The translations under genes and the position numbers were made by a program. Positions 48,811 to 60,879 of a DNA stretch of 64,000 bases are shown here, piece by piece. The notes below the pieces were generated by a model that was not told where the DNA came from, did not search any database, and saw only the letters and a program-made list of their open reading frames with translations. The DNA comes from Lama guanicoe (taxonomy: Eukaryota), in NCBI GenBank assembly GCA_013239625.1, contig MU054338.1:1614001-1678000 (forward strand), in the 5' to 3' direction. Positions within the stretch are counted from its first letter, which is position 1, and each line of letters starts with the position of its first letter.

Positions 48811-50009
48811 CGGGTGACACCCCCAGCACGACCACCACACGCACCCTGAATTGGGTCGTTGTGGGTCAGAGGGACGGGGAGACAGGCTTGAGCTGGACTC
48901 TGTGCTCAGTAGAAAACAAGGTCACGGAGACACGATGAGTCAGAGAAAGCGCCCGGGGGCTTGGAGGGGGAGGGCTGGCGATCTGCCGACGGGCTCCGGC
49001 TGCCTGCCTCCTCTCTGGGGAGCTGCTCGCTGCGTGTTCCTTCCCAGAAAGCTCAGAGGTGCAGATCCGCCCCCAGATAAGCGCAGTCCCTCCTGCAGGA
49101 TTACGAGGAATGGAAGCTGGGCGGGGGCTGCGTCTCCTTCCTGGTGCCCCCGCACTGCTCACGGGGTTAAGCCTTGCGGCCGCTCCCCACTCAGCAGACA
49201 CTCACCCAGGGCCCCCTCCCTCCTGCAACTTAACCCTGTTTCCTGAGCGTGCATTTAGGAAGGAAGAACTGCCCAGGCCACGCCCCCATCTGGGGTCCCC
49301 CACCTGGCAGAGGAGGGGGCGGGGAGCCCTGCTGGTGCCCAGACCCTTGGGGCAAGGTCCAGAGGGCGGTGCTCTTGAGCAAGAGACAAACGTGCCGGGG
49401 GTACTCGGAAGCTGCTCCTTGTGGCCGGAGCAGAAGTCTGCAAACGTGGGAAGAGCGGGCCACAGGGACCCCAGAGCTGCTGGCTCGGAACTGGGACCTT
49501 AATGTGAACACACGGCTTCTCCAGCAGGCTGGGGCGCGGGGGAGAGGTGACGGAAATGTCTGTGCACGCACGGATTCTTAGGCAGATGGCAGATGGATGG
49601 ATGGATAGACAGGTAGGCAGGCAGACAGATTTAGCTGAAAACAGTCAGACGCATACGCACAAACCTCTCCGTCGGTGCGCACGCGTGCGCATGTAGCTTC
49701 TGGCTCTGCCCCGGGAGAAGGCCTAGAAGCCGGGACGCCCCAATGGCAACCAGCACACAAGAAAGCTGGGCCCATCCCCAGACGGACTGCCAGCCCCTGG
49801 AGATGTCCTCCATCTCGCACCTCTGGGCCCTCAAGAAATGTCTGCCGCTGCGGAAGGCAGACCTGGCAGACCCCTGACACCCAGGTGACCGCCCTGAACA
49901 CGCGCCGAGACCTTGAACTTCCGGACCCAGGTCTCGCTGCTTATTCACCAACTTCCTGCAAAAGCGGAGACTCCGGTGACTCTCATCCAAACACTCCTTC
50001 CCAGACTCA

Positions 50010-50224
50010 GCCAGGGGTCAGCAAAGCACCGCCTGAAGCCTCAGCCCAGCGCGCTGTTGCCTTTGTAAACAAAGCTTTATTGGCACACGGCCCCACCACG
50101 TTCATTTATAGGTAGCTTCTGGAGACTACAGGACAAAGCTGAACAGCTGCAAGAGACCTCCTCGTCTCCAAAGCCAACAATGTTTGCTCCCGATCCTTTC
50201 TCGGAGAAAGTCTGCCGACCTCTG
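50010..50224 (-). mobile_element. MER58A
   Basis: caggggtcagcaaa...gtaaacaaagctttattggcacac...aaagtctgccgacctctg termini. Confidence 0.8.
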
Positions 50225-50499
50225 GATGAAGCTGAGCTGAGGGTGGCTGGCAGCCCTCGACACTGAGAACGTCGTCATTCCTCATCTGCTGAAAGGCTGC
50301 TGACCTGCTTCCTGTTCTCTTTCCGCAAAGGGGCTGCCAAGCTCCTTGCTGCCCCTGGGCCCTTGCACGTGCCACTTCCTGAAGCCTTCCCTGTATCCTC
50401 CTCTCACAGTGCTGGCCCCTGCCACCCTTCTGATCTCAACCTCAGAGCCACTTTACTGGAGAGGTCTCCTCAACCCACCCCACTCCATCCCATTTTTTT

Positions 50500-50680
50500 T
50501 AAAAACAAGAGAAGACCAGGGGCAGAACGAGGATGCCCACTTCTGCCACATCTACTCAACATTGTACTAGAAGAACCAGCCCAGGCAGCTGGGTGAAGAA
50601 AGGAAATAAAAGGCATCCGACTGGAGAGGAAGGAGGAAAACCATGTTTCTCCATGCGGATGGCACGACATAGGTACATGC
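50500..50680 (+). mobile_element. Decayed L1 ORF2 reverse-transcriptase fragment
   Basis: Translates GCPLLPHLLNIVLEE then KEIKGI, matching L1 ORF2 QGCPLSPLLFNIVLEVLA...KEIKGIQ; disrupted by a stop and frameshift. Confidence 0.8.
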
Positions 50681-51544
50681 TGCCCGCCGCAGACCCGGTC
50701 CTGGAGCCACGAGTCCCTCCTGAGCATGCGGGGCAGGCGGGGGCTGGTGGCAGTGACAGGGTGTCCCATTGAACTGCATGCATCTGGCCTTTATGACCTC
50801 ATCCACTCCCTTGGGAGAACCAGAAGGGCATCAGATTAGAAGGTTCCACTGAGATGAGGCCATGATGGGCTCCCTGCAGGGGGACAGGTAGTAAACAGGC
50901 CTCCTAAAACACGTCATGGGGTTTTTTGTTTTTGTTTTTAAAGCCCAGCAGAGTGGGTCAAAGGGCCTCTTCCTTGGCCGGGAGCAGCGCGGGGACAGAG
51001 GGCAGCTGGAGTCAGACGCCAGTCCTGTGGGAACATCAGGGGCCGTATTTCTCCTCCACCCTCCCCTGACCTCTGCTTCCAGCTGTCGGCTGACGTAGCC
51101 ACCCTCAGCGGCTCCGTGGGAACCCCAGACTCAGGGTGACCACCTCGCCTGGTTGAGCATCCTAAGTCCTGCACCCCAGGCACCCTTCAGCCCCGGCGAG
51201 CCAGGACGGCCTAGATGCTGGTCAGCCCATGAACTCCTCCAGCTGGCCCCCTTTCCCTCCAGGCTCTCCCGGGGGGGCTGCCCGGCACCACCGTCCTCCC
51301 AGTTGCTTAGGTAGGGACCCCATGCTGTTGCCGGGCCTGTCGCCTGGCCAGGTCTGCTCAAATCTCCCACCTGCCTCCCCACCTGCCTGCCTCCTTCCCG
51401 CCCCGATGGCCTGAAGGCGGTCCCCTCCTCCCAGGCGCGTCCAGGCTATGGGAACTGGGAGGATAATAGAACAGAGGTCTGGCGCCCCTGGGCCCCAGGC
51501 ACGGAGGCTTGTACAATGTTTACGATCATCTAAAACTTCACCGT

Positions 51545-51700
51545 GGGGCGGGACTAGCTCAGTGGTAGAGCGTGTGCTTAGCATGCCCGAGGTCCTGGGT
51601 TCGATCCCTGGTGCCCCCACTAAATAAATAAATAAATAAATAAATAAACCTAATTACCTTCCTCCCCAAAAAAAGGAATTTAAAAAAATCTTTAAAAAAA
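51545..51700 (+). mobile_element. Camelid tRNA-derived SINE (Vic-1 type)
   Basis: tagctcagtggtagagcgtgtgcttagcatgcccgaggtcctgggttcgatccc...(taaa)n cctaattacc. Confidence 0.92.
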
Positions 51701-51704
51701 GGTG

Positions 51705-52010
51705 AAACACCGTACACACACCTCAGCATGGATGAACCCCAAAGCACGCTGAGTTTGAGAAGCCAGATACGGAAGACCACACGGCGTGTGAGGCCATTTA
51801 CGCGGCGCGTCCAGAAGGCAAACCCACAGGCACAGGGGTGGGCTGCTGGGCGCCAGGGCCCGGAGGGCGGCGCGGGGGTGGCTGACGAGGGCGCGGGCCC
51901 CTCTTTGGAGGTGCTGAGGTGTGCTGGAAGTAGGTGGTGGTGATGGCTGTAAAGTCCGTAGATACCCTGTTGCACTGTGTGCTCAAAATGGTGACGTTTA
52001 CAGTGTATAA
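51705..52010 (+). mobile_element. Old L1M 3' end, GC-shifted
   Basis: catggatgaacc...gaagccagatac...tcaaaatggtgacgttta. Confidence 0.65.
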
Positions 52011-53029
52011 AGGAGTCCTGTGGGGAAGAGAGCAGGTGAAGGAGGACAGGAGGGCGGTTTTCAGCTTTACTCCTTCAGCACATGACCATTTTCAAATAGT
52101 TAACAGATGAGGAAACCAAGGCTTAGGAATGCTAGAATTATGGGAACTATATGTCTAACACTGTCAGTCGCTGTCTCTCCATCCACCCACCCACCCATCC
52201 ACCCATCCATAAACACACACTCAAAATGGTAGAATTGCAACTGGAATTCAGGACTTGCAAACCATGGTCCAATATCATTCTTAGCCTTTAAGAATGTCAA
52301 TAGCTATTTTATTTTTGAAAGTTGAACATGATTCTTATCAGTACGTTGTTCCCTGGACTCTTGATGCTCTTGGTAACCGAGCAACGCTGCCATCTCTCAG
52401 AGGCAGAACACTGTCCCACAGCACGTTCCACTCACAAACAAGCGCTCCACGCTCGGAGGGCTGTGTGAACCGATGATGCTGAGGGTGAAAATAATCACCC
52501 CTCCTCGACACCTCTTACGAGATTCGTAAGAAACACTTCTGCGCGCCCGCGCTGCCTGCCACCATACTACCCCATCTCCACTCTGCCCTGCCTTCTCTCC
52601 TGTAAGATACCAGTGACACACACACGCTCCACAGACCCCACGGGCCACCCGGGAGAGAGCGCCTGCTGTCTACCACCGTGTCTCCAAGGACCGACCTGGC
52701 CCGCTCAGCTTCAGGGTAAACCTTGCTCTCCTGAAGCCCAGGTTGAACAGCAGTGGTAGCATTTAAGAGGAAAAACATGATCTGGGCTGCTTCTTTATGC
52801 CCTTCTAGATTTCTCAGTATGTTGTTGCTTTTGTCATTTGAAAAAAAAATTGTTAATTGTTTTCTTTAAAGGGAGAGATTATGGGGGACCAAGCATGTGG
52901 CCTGGAGTTCCTCTCACTCCCAACTCCCTGACAAGGCTATTCAACTAAAGAACCGATGTAGAGGAAAAATTTTTCCCAGAGCTGATGACTAAAGGAAACT
53001 CTCTTCCACACATTGGGAGCTTCAGTATG

Positions 53030-53570
53030 GGTGAGAGCCGTAAATTCAATAAAAAGACAGATAACAACTGGAAAAATTACTTACAGCATATGTAATAGAC
53101 AAAGTGTTCGTACCTGGCATATGTAAAGAGCACCGACAAATCAACAAGAAGAAAACCTCAGGAAAAACACAGGTACTTAATGAAAAGATAAAACAGAAGA
53201 AAGGACAGAAGGGAGGATGGGAAAAGGTGATCAGTCTCTTTAATGACCAAATAAATGAAGGTTAAAACATCAAAGAGAAGTCATTTTTCACACAACTGAC
53301 TGGCAAAACTTTTGCATTTAGTTATCAAGCACTGTGATGAGGCTGTGGGGGGACTGGTGCCATTGAAGGGAGTTTAGCTTGGTAGAAGTTTCATGGAAGG
53401 TCATTCGTCAATGACTAGCTCAATTTTAAACACAAATATCCTTGGACATTACACTTCTGCTTCTGAGAATTTATCTCCAGAAACATTCAGACAAGTGCAC
53501 GGTTATGTGTACAAGGATGGTTCTGCTGCAGCGCTGCTTGCGTGCAGGGAAAACTGGAAACATCAATAGC
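53030..53570 (+). mobile_element. L1ME ORF2/3' fragment
   Basis: aaaaagacagataacaactgg...acttctgcttctgagaatttatc. Confidence 0.65.
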
Positions 53571-53574
53571 ACGT

Positions 53575-53810
53575 TTTTTTAAATTGAAATATAGTTGATG
53601 TATCATGCGGTGTGAGTCTCAGGTGAACAGCAAAGCGATTGAGCCATATATGTGGATATTGAGGGTTTTATGTATACATATCTTATATATCCATATATCT
53701 TTTTTCTATATCCATATATGTATTCTTTCTTTTTCAGATACTTTTCCATCATAGGTTATTACGAGATATTGAATGTAGTTCCCTGTGCTGTACAGCAGGT
53801 CCTTGTTGTT
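53575..53810 (-). mobile_element. Artiodactyl/camelid L1 3' end
   Basis: aattgaaatatagttgat...ttttcagatacttttccatcataggttattacgagatattgaatgtagttccctgtgctgtacagcaggtccttgttg. Confidence 0.85.
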
Positions 53811-53879
53811 CAACAGAGCATTCTTCCAATCATTCTGGTGTATCTCCACATAGGAAAGTCATAATTAAAAAGAATAGAG

Positions 53880-54365
53880 GGCAGGGGTGTTGAACAGGTG
53901 GAGCCAGAGGACTTAGAGCAGTGACACTACTCCGCGTGCTACTGTCACGTGGATACATGCTACTGTACATTTGTCCAGGCCCCCAGAATGTGCACCACCA
54001 AGAGTGAACCCTACGGGGGAGGGTGTAGCCTAGTGCTAGACCACATGCCTAGTGTGCACGAGGTCCTGGGTTCAATCCCCAGTACCGTCATCAAAAAAAA
54101 GTAAGTAAACCTAATTACCTCTCCTCTGTAAAAACAAAAACAAAAACAAAATTAAACAAAAATAGAGCTCTAATGTCACCTGTGGGCTGTGGGTGACAGA
54201 GACGTGTCAGTGCAGGGTCACCGACTGTAGCAGATGTGGCGCTCCGGTGAGGGACGGTGAATGCGAGGGGGGCTGTGCGGAGAGGGCACATGGGAGATCT
54301 CTGTACCCTCCCCTCAATTTTGCTATGAGTCGGCGAGTGTCCTAAATCCACTGAAAACAAAATAG
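53880..54365 (+). mobile_element. L1MC 3' end interrupted by a SINE
   Basis: ggatacatg...catttgtcca...caagagtgaacccta | atgggagatctctgtacc. Confidence 0.75.
54015..54162 (+). mobile_element. Camelid tRNA-derived SINE (Vic-1 type)
   Basis: ggggagggtgtagcc...gaggtcctgggttcaatccccagtacc...aaacctaattacc. Confidence 0.9.
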
Positions 54366-54719
54366 AGCGTACTTATCGTCCTGACAAAGGGTGGCAGTCA
54401 AAGCACGCCGGTAAGCTTTCATTAAAGGCGGAAAAGTACAGGTGTCCCGCTTCTGCTCTGTTCTGAAGCCGACCTCTCTCTGTCTCGGGACCTGTGTCCA
54501 GCAGCGGGCGGACTGCATTGCTCCCGCTCCCACCGTGAAGCCCACGCACCACTGGACTACAGGCAACAAACACCCTGGGCTCCGGAAAAGGGAAGGGGCC
54601 CAGCAGAGACTCGGGTGCGAGGGGCTGCAGACCTGGGCGGTGGGGGCGCGGGTGCTGGGCTCGGCCCCCATGGCCTGGGCGCTGCTATTGTGTTTTCAGT
54701 CGCTCTCTCTTTTTAATTT

Positions 54720-55560
54720 CTACTTCAAAATTGTGAAGACAGCACAGGATTTCCACACGCGCCACGCCCAGTTTCCTCTCTGATGTGATTCCTGCCATTA
54801 TTAGCACGGTAGGTCTGTCTTAATGCATGAACCAATATTGATACATTAGTATTAACCGAAATCCAAGTGTATTCAGATTTCCTTAGTATTTCCCCCATGT
54901 CCCTTCTCCGTCACAGGGTCCCATCCAGGAACCCACGCTACGTTTAAGTGTCGTGATGGTTAAGTTTATGGGTCAACTTGAGCCCGGATATTTGATGGAA
55001 GGTCACTTGTGGGTGTGTCTGGGAGGCTGATTCTGGATGAGGCAGAATGAAGGCAAGTGGTCCTCCCCGAGGTGGGGTCCTCACCCAATATGCTGAGACC
55101 CTCAGTAGAACGAGGGGCTGAGTAACAGAGTCCTTTCTCACCACCTCACCGTCCGGCCGGGACACCAGTCTCCTCCCGCCTTTGGATTCTGACTCAGACT
55201 GGAACTCGGGCCATCAGCTCCCCTGGTCGCCAGCCCACCGACTGCACATCTGGGGACTTCTCGGCCTCCATGATCCCATCTGCCAGTTCCTTCTCATAAA
55301 CATGTCTCATTGGCTCTGTTTCTCTGGGGACCCCAGACAATAGAGTTGTCACATCTCCTGAGGCTCCTTGGAGCTATGACAGTTTCTCAGACTTTCCTCG
55401 TTTTTCATGACCTGGACGGTTTTGAGGACGACTGGCCGGGAATTCTGTAGGAAGTCCTGCTATGAGGGTGTGACTGATGTCTTCCGCATAGTTAGATGGG
55501 AGTGATGGACTCCGGGGAGCAGGGCTGCGGAGATCAAGTGCCCTGTCCCTCCCGGTAGAT
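54720..55560. mobile_element. L1MC (-) fragment split by an MLT2 LTR (+, about 54950-55342)
   Basis: gaaccaatattgatacattag...ccatccagga | gtgatggttaagtttatgggtcaacttg...tctgtttctctggggaccc | cagtttctcagactttcc. Confidence 0.75.
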
Positions 55561-55574
55561 GAAGAGGACACATG

Positions 55575-56090
55575 TCTTATACGTGACACCAAAAGCACAG
55601 GCAACAAAAGGAAAAATAAATTGGACTTCATCAAAATTGAAAACTTTTGTGGAACAACAAGTTTCTCCTGTACAGCACAGGGAACTATATTCACTGTCTG
55701 CATGGTAACCGTGCACAGCTGGTGGGGATGTAAAATGGTGCAGGCACGGTGGAAAACAGTACAAAGCTTCCTTGAAAAATCAAACATGGAATCAGCATAT
55801 GACCTAGCAACCCCGCTTCTGGGAACATACCTGAAGGTACTGAAAGCAGGAACTGGAACATATATGTGCACAGGCATGTTCATGGCAGCACGATTCACAG
55901 CAGCCCGAAGGTGGAAGCCACCCGAGTGTCCAGTGACAGAGGATGCATGAACAACCTGGGCCATCCACACAGTGGAATATTACTCAGCCTTTAAAAGAGA
56001 GGAGATTCTGACACCTGCTACCAGATGGATGGACCTTGAGGACGTGATGCTCGGTCAGAGAAGCCAGACACAAAGGAACAAATACTGTCC
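55575..56090 (+). mobile_element. L1MA/MB ORF2 end and 3'UTR
   Basis: atacgtgacaccaaaagcacaggcaacaaaag...ttggacttcatcaaaattgaaaacttttg; tatgacctagcaacccc; ggaatattactcagcc. Confidence 0.85.
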
Positions 56091-56824
56091 TGTTCTCACC
56101 CCAAGTGGCTTAGAACCTGGAGCTAAGAAACCAGCCTAAAGGGTGGTCCCACACATCGGAGGAACCTACCAGAACCGAACCACTGTGAAAGGACATGCTC
56201 TCAGCCCGGACTACCTGGGATCCTCCTGGCTAAAGCTCAGGACGGCAACTGTGTGAGGCACACAGTGCCATCACCCCCACCCACACCTCCAAGGGTACAC
56301 GCATGCAGGAAAGGCCCAGAAAGAAAGGTCAGAGGTGAACGGGGTGGGGGTGGCACTGAGTTGGCACACTAGCCTCATCGGGCCTTCCACTCAGCTTTTC
56401 CCACAAGTTATTCAATTCCATGCTCATGACAGCTCTGTGCAGGAGATGGTAATTCTTCCTCCAAACAAACACGATGCCTGTTTCTCCTTTGTACAAAAGG
56501 GGAAGCTGAAACGTACCAAGATGAGGAAACCTGCCCAAGGTGCGTCATTAAAATTGTGGCCGAATCCAGACTGGACACCTGGACACCTGGACCCGGGCCC
56601 CTGTCCGCCGTGTCAGTGATCATCCAACCCGTCCACCCGACACGCTCAGTGAGGGTGGACTGGAGATTTCCACTTTCTCATGCCTGTGTCGTTAGCTGTA
56701 TTTCTAAGAACATGCTCCACAGGTGGGGGGCAGTGCTGTGGAACTCGACTCCTGGGGAGGCCAGAAAAGTCTTACTCTTTTTATGCATACGGCACAGCTG
56801 TATGGATCGCATGTGAACAGATAC

Positions 56825-57200
56825 ACAGGAAGAAAAACACCAAATGATATCGCTGACATGCGGAATCTTACAAAGTGACACAGAGGAACTTACTTGCAAA
56901 ACAGAAACAGAGTCACAGATGGAGAAAACAAACGTATGGTTACCAAAGGGGAAAGGGCGGGGAGGGGTAAGCTAGGAGTCTGGGACTTGCAGACACACAC
57001 TGCTATGTATAGAACAGATAAACGGCAAGGCCCTCCTGCACAGCACAGGGAACTATATTCAACACCTTGTAATAACTATAATGAAACAGTATGAAAAGGA
57101 ATGTACATATATATGTACGCGTAACTGACTCACTACGCTGTGCACCAAAAATGAATACAACATTGTAAACAGATTAGATTTCAATAAAAATAAATAAAAA
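56825..57200 (+). mobile_element. Artiodactyl/camelid L1 3' end
   Basis: gaacttacttgcaaaacagaaacagagtcacaga...atggttaccaaagggg...cagcacagggaactatattcaa followed by an A-tail. Confidence 0.88.
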
Positions 57201-57449
57201 GGTTCTTTGCGGGGGGGGGGGGGAACGGGGGATGGGGAGGTTAACAGGGGGAGGGTGATCAGGAAAAAGCAACAGCAGGGTTGAGAAAACACCGCTTTCT
57301 GCTGAGCCAGTGTGGCTTCTGTATTTACTTTGAAGTGAAGGGGAAAAGAAGAGTGAAACTGATCTAAAAGGTCCCCTCCCTACCAGGTGGAAAGAAAGCA
57401 AATTTCTACAGGCATCTCCGAAAGTGGGAAGTTGAGTTTCCAGGGAACA

Positions 57450-57960
57450 TTTCCACGGCGCGCGGGCGAGGAAGAGGGGCCGCACGGAGGGGCGGGGCCG
57501 GGCAGGAAGCGCGGCTCCTCCCGGCCGCAGCCCCGCGGCGCGCGGCTGCAAAAGCCAAACGCCGCGGGGCTCTGCCGCCGGCCTCCCCGCCCGCCCCTCC
57601 GCGGGCTCCCAGCGCGAGCAGCACGCGGTGCGCGGGTGCGCGGCCGTCGCCGCCGGGCCGCCGTCCTGGGCTGACCCCGGGCAGCGCCCCCCCCCCCGCT
57701 GACTCGGGGAATGTCTGTCTTCCTGAACATCTACGCTGCGATCGGAGGTTTCGATTTCATCAAAGTAAACACCGCACTGACCCAGCCAGTGCTCCGTTCC
57801 TCCAAATAAACCAGTCTGGCTTCTGAGAGCATTTCAAGGGGTGCAGGTGGCGAGGGCGCGGCCCGCCGGCCTCCAGAACGCGGGACGCAGGAGCTGCTGG
57901 GCCGCAGGCGGCGGCCCTGCTCGCTCCAATCCCGGAGCCAAAATTGCAGGAGGTCTCGGC
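57450..57960. promoter_or_regulatory. CpG island, candidate internal promoter/enhancer
   Basis: Very dense CpG; GC box GGGGCGGGGC 57489-57498; forkhead GTAAACA 57765-57771. Confidence 0.7.
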
Positions 57961-58139
57961 ACTTCTCTAAGGTTGTGAAGTAGGCTGTCCACCTGTCTCT
58001 GGGTTCAGAACATCAGAGTTCAGAGGAAACGCCGGGGCGCGTTATGAAGGGGTCTGGTAGGTGGCCTTCCTTCCACCCACTCCCGAGATTCTGGCCTCTT
58101 GCGTCTTTAAGGCCGGCTCCTTTGTCGACAGACCCAGTG

Positions 58140-58283
58140 GGGTTGAAACAGGGCTCCCCCCTCCGCCCCGCCCCAGGTGCTGCGGGGTGTGAAGCAGCAT
58201 CCCCGGACCCCCCTCCCCATCACGGCAACCACCGACGCCCCAGATGTCACCCTGGGGCAGAACAGCCCAGATAAGAACCCCTG
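58140..58283 (-). mobile_element. MER20
   Basis: ggggtgtgaagcagcatccc...gcaaccaccgacgccccagatgtc...taagaacccctg. Confidence 0.7.
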
Positions 58284-58509
58284 TCCCACAGTAGCTAGCA
58301 AGCTGCAGACAGCCCCACAGGCGTGTAATTATCCTCACCTCACCGCACAGCTGGGGAAACAGGCTGGGGAGGAGATAAAGCCAGCCTTCGGCCACCAAGT
58401 GAGGAGGGAGCCTCTGTAAAGGGGGCAGTCAAGACTCCTGAATATCCCTTCTAATCAGGAGGGGCCTCTGCACTGCAAAGGAGTCACTGCGCAATTTTGC
58501 CACGAACTT

Positions 58510-58900
58510 AGAAGTGCTCCAAAAGTCTATTAAAAAAATTATTGAAGACCCCAGACAGCTTGTGTTAAAAAAAAAAACTATTCTAAAACTATTCTAAAAA
58601 AGCTGTTTCTAAAATTTTAGCAGGCCTACATATCTAAATGAAAAGCAGCAGTTTTTCAAAAAAACATTTTTTGGAAGAGAATACAGATGTTTCTTACGTT
58701 CTGCAAACCTCTGCTGTGTCTGGCTAACAGAAGACAGCTGGGCTCTCGGGCCAGCCTCTGCGTTCAGTCGGCTGTGTGTGACATCAGGCTCACGTAACTG
58801 CTGGAAAACTGCACACACGCGCGAGGAAATTCGAGGGACAGAGGCCAGGAGCACTTAGCGTCCAGACGCTACCCAGAGAACCCACTGCAGAATCGCCTCT
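58510..58900. mobile_element. Charlie1-family DNA transposon fragment
   Basis: aaaattattgaagacccc; tgtctggctaacagaagacagctgg...tctgcgttca...ctggaaaact. Confidence 0.7.
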
Positions 58901-60010
58901 TGGTTTCAGGGCTGGGAAAACAAGCTCAGGGTTGGCACCAGCCCTGCCCATGTCCACCAAGTGCAGCTCAAGCAGCCAGGTGTCCGAGATACGCCTTGGG
59001 ACCCTGTGTCTCCAAAGACCTTGGCCTGGATCTGTGGCCCCAGATAAACCACACCCCGGTTCAGTTCTATCAGTGGCTGATCGCCCAGCGTTTCCAAGGT
59101 GACTCAGTGGAGAAGCCCCACTGAGACCTCTGCCTGTGGCAGGTTCACGAGCCTATGTTGGGTATGCATGGCTGTTGCCCCTGCCCTGCTGCCAGGGTCC
59201 CCACTTCTGGGTGGCCGGAAAAGAGAGGGACTTGCAGCCAGGCGGCGGATGTCGCCTCCCCCTACAGGATGCCACAGAGGAAAAGAAAAGGAGGTGGGAA
59301 TCCCCGGGGGTCCTTCACACTCCTTCCAGAAGCTGTGAGGAACACTTTGGAGGCGTCCCTGGGAAGGAAGCCTGCTGGGCCCCAGGCGGGGACTCTGCCT
59401 GAACCACCCGTGAGCCCTGGCTTTGCTCTACCCGCCTCCTGCACGCTTCCAAGTGAAGGCTCAGCCTGCCCCTGGGCGGAGGGGAGAAGCTGCCAGCAGA
59501 AAGGAACATTCTGTGCGAGGACCTCGGGTTACACCAGCCCTGGAGTCTGCGGGTTGCAGGTGGAGGGGCAGCAGGGACACCTTGGGCAGGGGCCCTGGAT
59601 TGTGAGCCACCACGCTCACAGCCTGCACCACCCCAGACGAGCTTCGGGATCTGAACTGATCCCAGACACGGGACCCGTGAAGCAGAAGCCGGGCTCTGCC
59701 CGGGCAGCAGGCCACCCCTCTCCACTTCCCTGCTTTCTCGCAGATCAGAATTGCCTTTTATAGCCACGTTGCTATTGAACAACCGGAAGAGGTCAGAGGC
59801 TGAGAGGGGTAATGACTGGAGGGCAGGGCGCGCGAGTCAAGGCTGGAGCCCAGACCCCAGGCTCTGGGGCAGGCGCTGGGCACGGAAGGGCCAAGGGCTC
59901 GTAGGTCGGGGCTGGCAAGGGGCACCCTGTGACTTCTCCTCACTGGGGCGCATTCAGGGCTCCTGCTGCTCTGTGAGGGAGGCTGTGTCACCCACCTTCT
60001 CCTATTTTTA

Positions 60011-60142
60011 AAATATATATTTTTTTTGTTGGGGGGAGGTACTCAAGTTTATTTATTTACTCATTTATTTTAACGGAGGTAATGGGGATTGAACTTGTGC
60101 ATGCTAAGCACACACTCTACCACTGAGCTACACCCTCCCCCT
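60011..60142 (-). mobile_element. Camelid tRNA-derived SINE (Vic-1 type), small deletion near the B box
   Basis: Reverse complement ggggagggtgtagctcagtggtagagtgtgtgcttagcatgcacaag; TSD ccttctcytattttta at 59995-60010 and 60144-60159. Confidence 0.92.
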
Positions 60143-60879
60143 CCCTTCTCTTATTTTTACTTATTTATTCGCCCTGTGTCCTGCACCCACAGGCAAAGCT
60201 GAGGTTCACGAGCAGATGTGCTGTGTCCTTTCCACCCCGCCGGCCGGGCTGGAGCGGGGATGGCAGTGGCTCTCTGGAGAGGCCCGAGGGACCCAAGCGT
60301 CCCCGCTGGGTCCTGCAGACTCAGGGCCATGTTCTCGGAACCTGGACCCAAGACCGACCCAAAGTCTGCAGGGCTCATGCTGGCGAGGCACTGGCTCAAT
60401 TTAGGAAACCCAACTATCTAGAGAGTGCAGCCTCTGTGTTTGGGAGGATAATGTAAGTTTGTTTTTATTCATTGTTCACAGATTTTTTTTTCTTTCAGTT
60501 TTTCATAGGGTGTTAGAACTGGGAGGCATGTCAGAGTCTGTCTCCCACAGAGTCATTTCACAGATGGGGACCTGAACTCGTGAGGGAGGAACGTTTCTTT
60601 CTGAGGAACTGAAAGTTTTCAGCTCCATGTCTGTGAACCACGGCGAGAAGACCCTTCCACATGCTCGAGGGTCTGTGTCTCCCCCACCCCACATGCAGGG
60701 ATGGAGTGTGGTCTGTGGGAGCACTTTCCCCAGAGAATGACGGAGGCCGAGGGTGGGAAGAGCAAAATGCACCTGGTGCTTCCCCCACCTTAGAAGAGTC
60801 AGCCAGGCAGGTCCGAGGAAGCAACTGCGCTCTAGGGGGTAGATGAGGTAGTTACTGGAATCCAAACCTTTGTGCCATC

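Noticed and set aside
3123..48938. Recurrent peptide motifs across ORFs (MSGDICGCHD, TTTDVPRHGPVS, SMMLSERSRH) suggesting a gene family
   Set aside because: They are translations of the homogenised MER20 and L1MB copies, not coding paralogues.
50500..50680. Reverse-transcriptase-like peptide as a novel RT system
   Set aside because: Short, disrupted L1 ORF2 fossil lacking an intact FADD catalytic motif.
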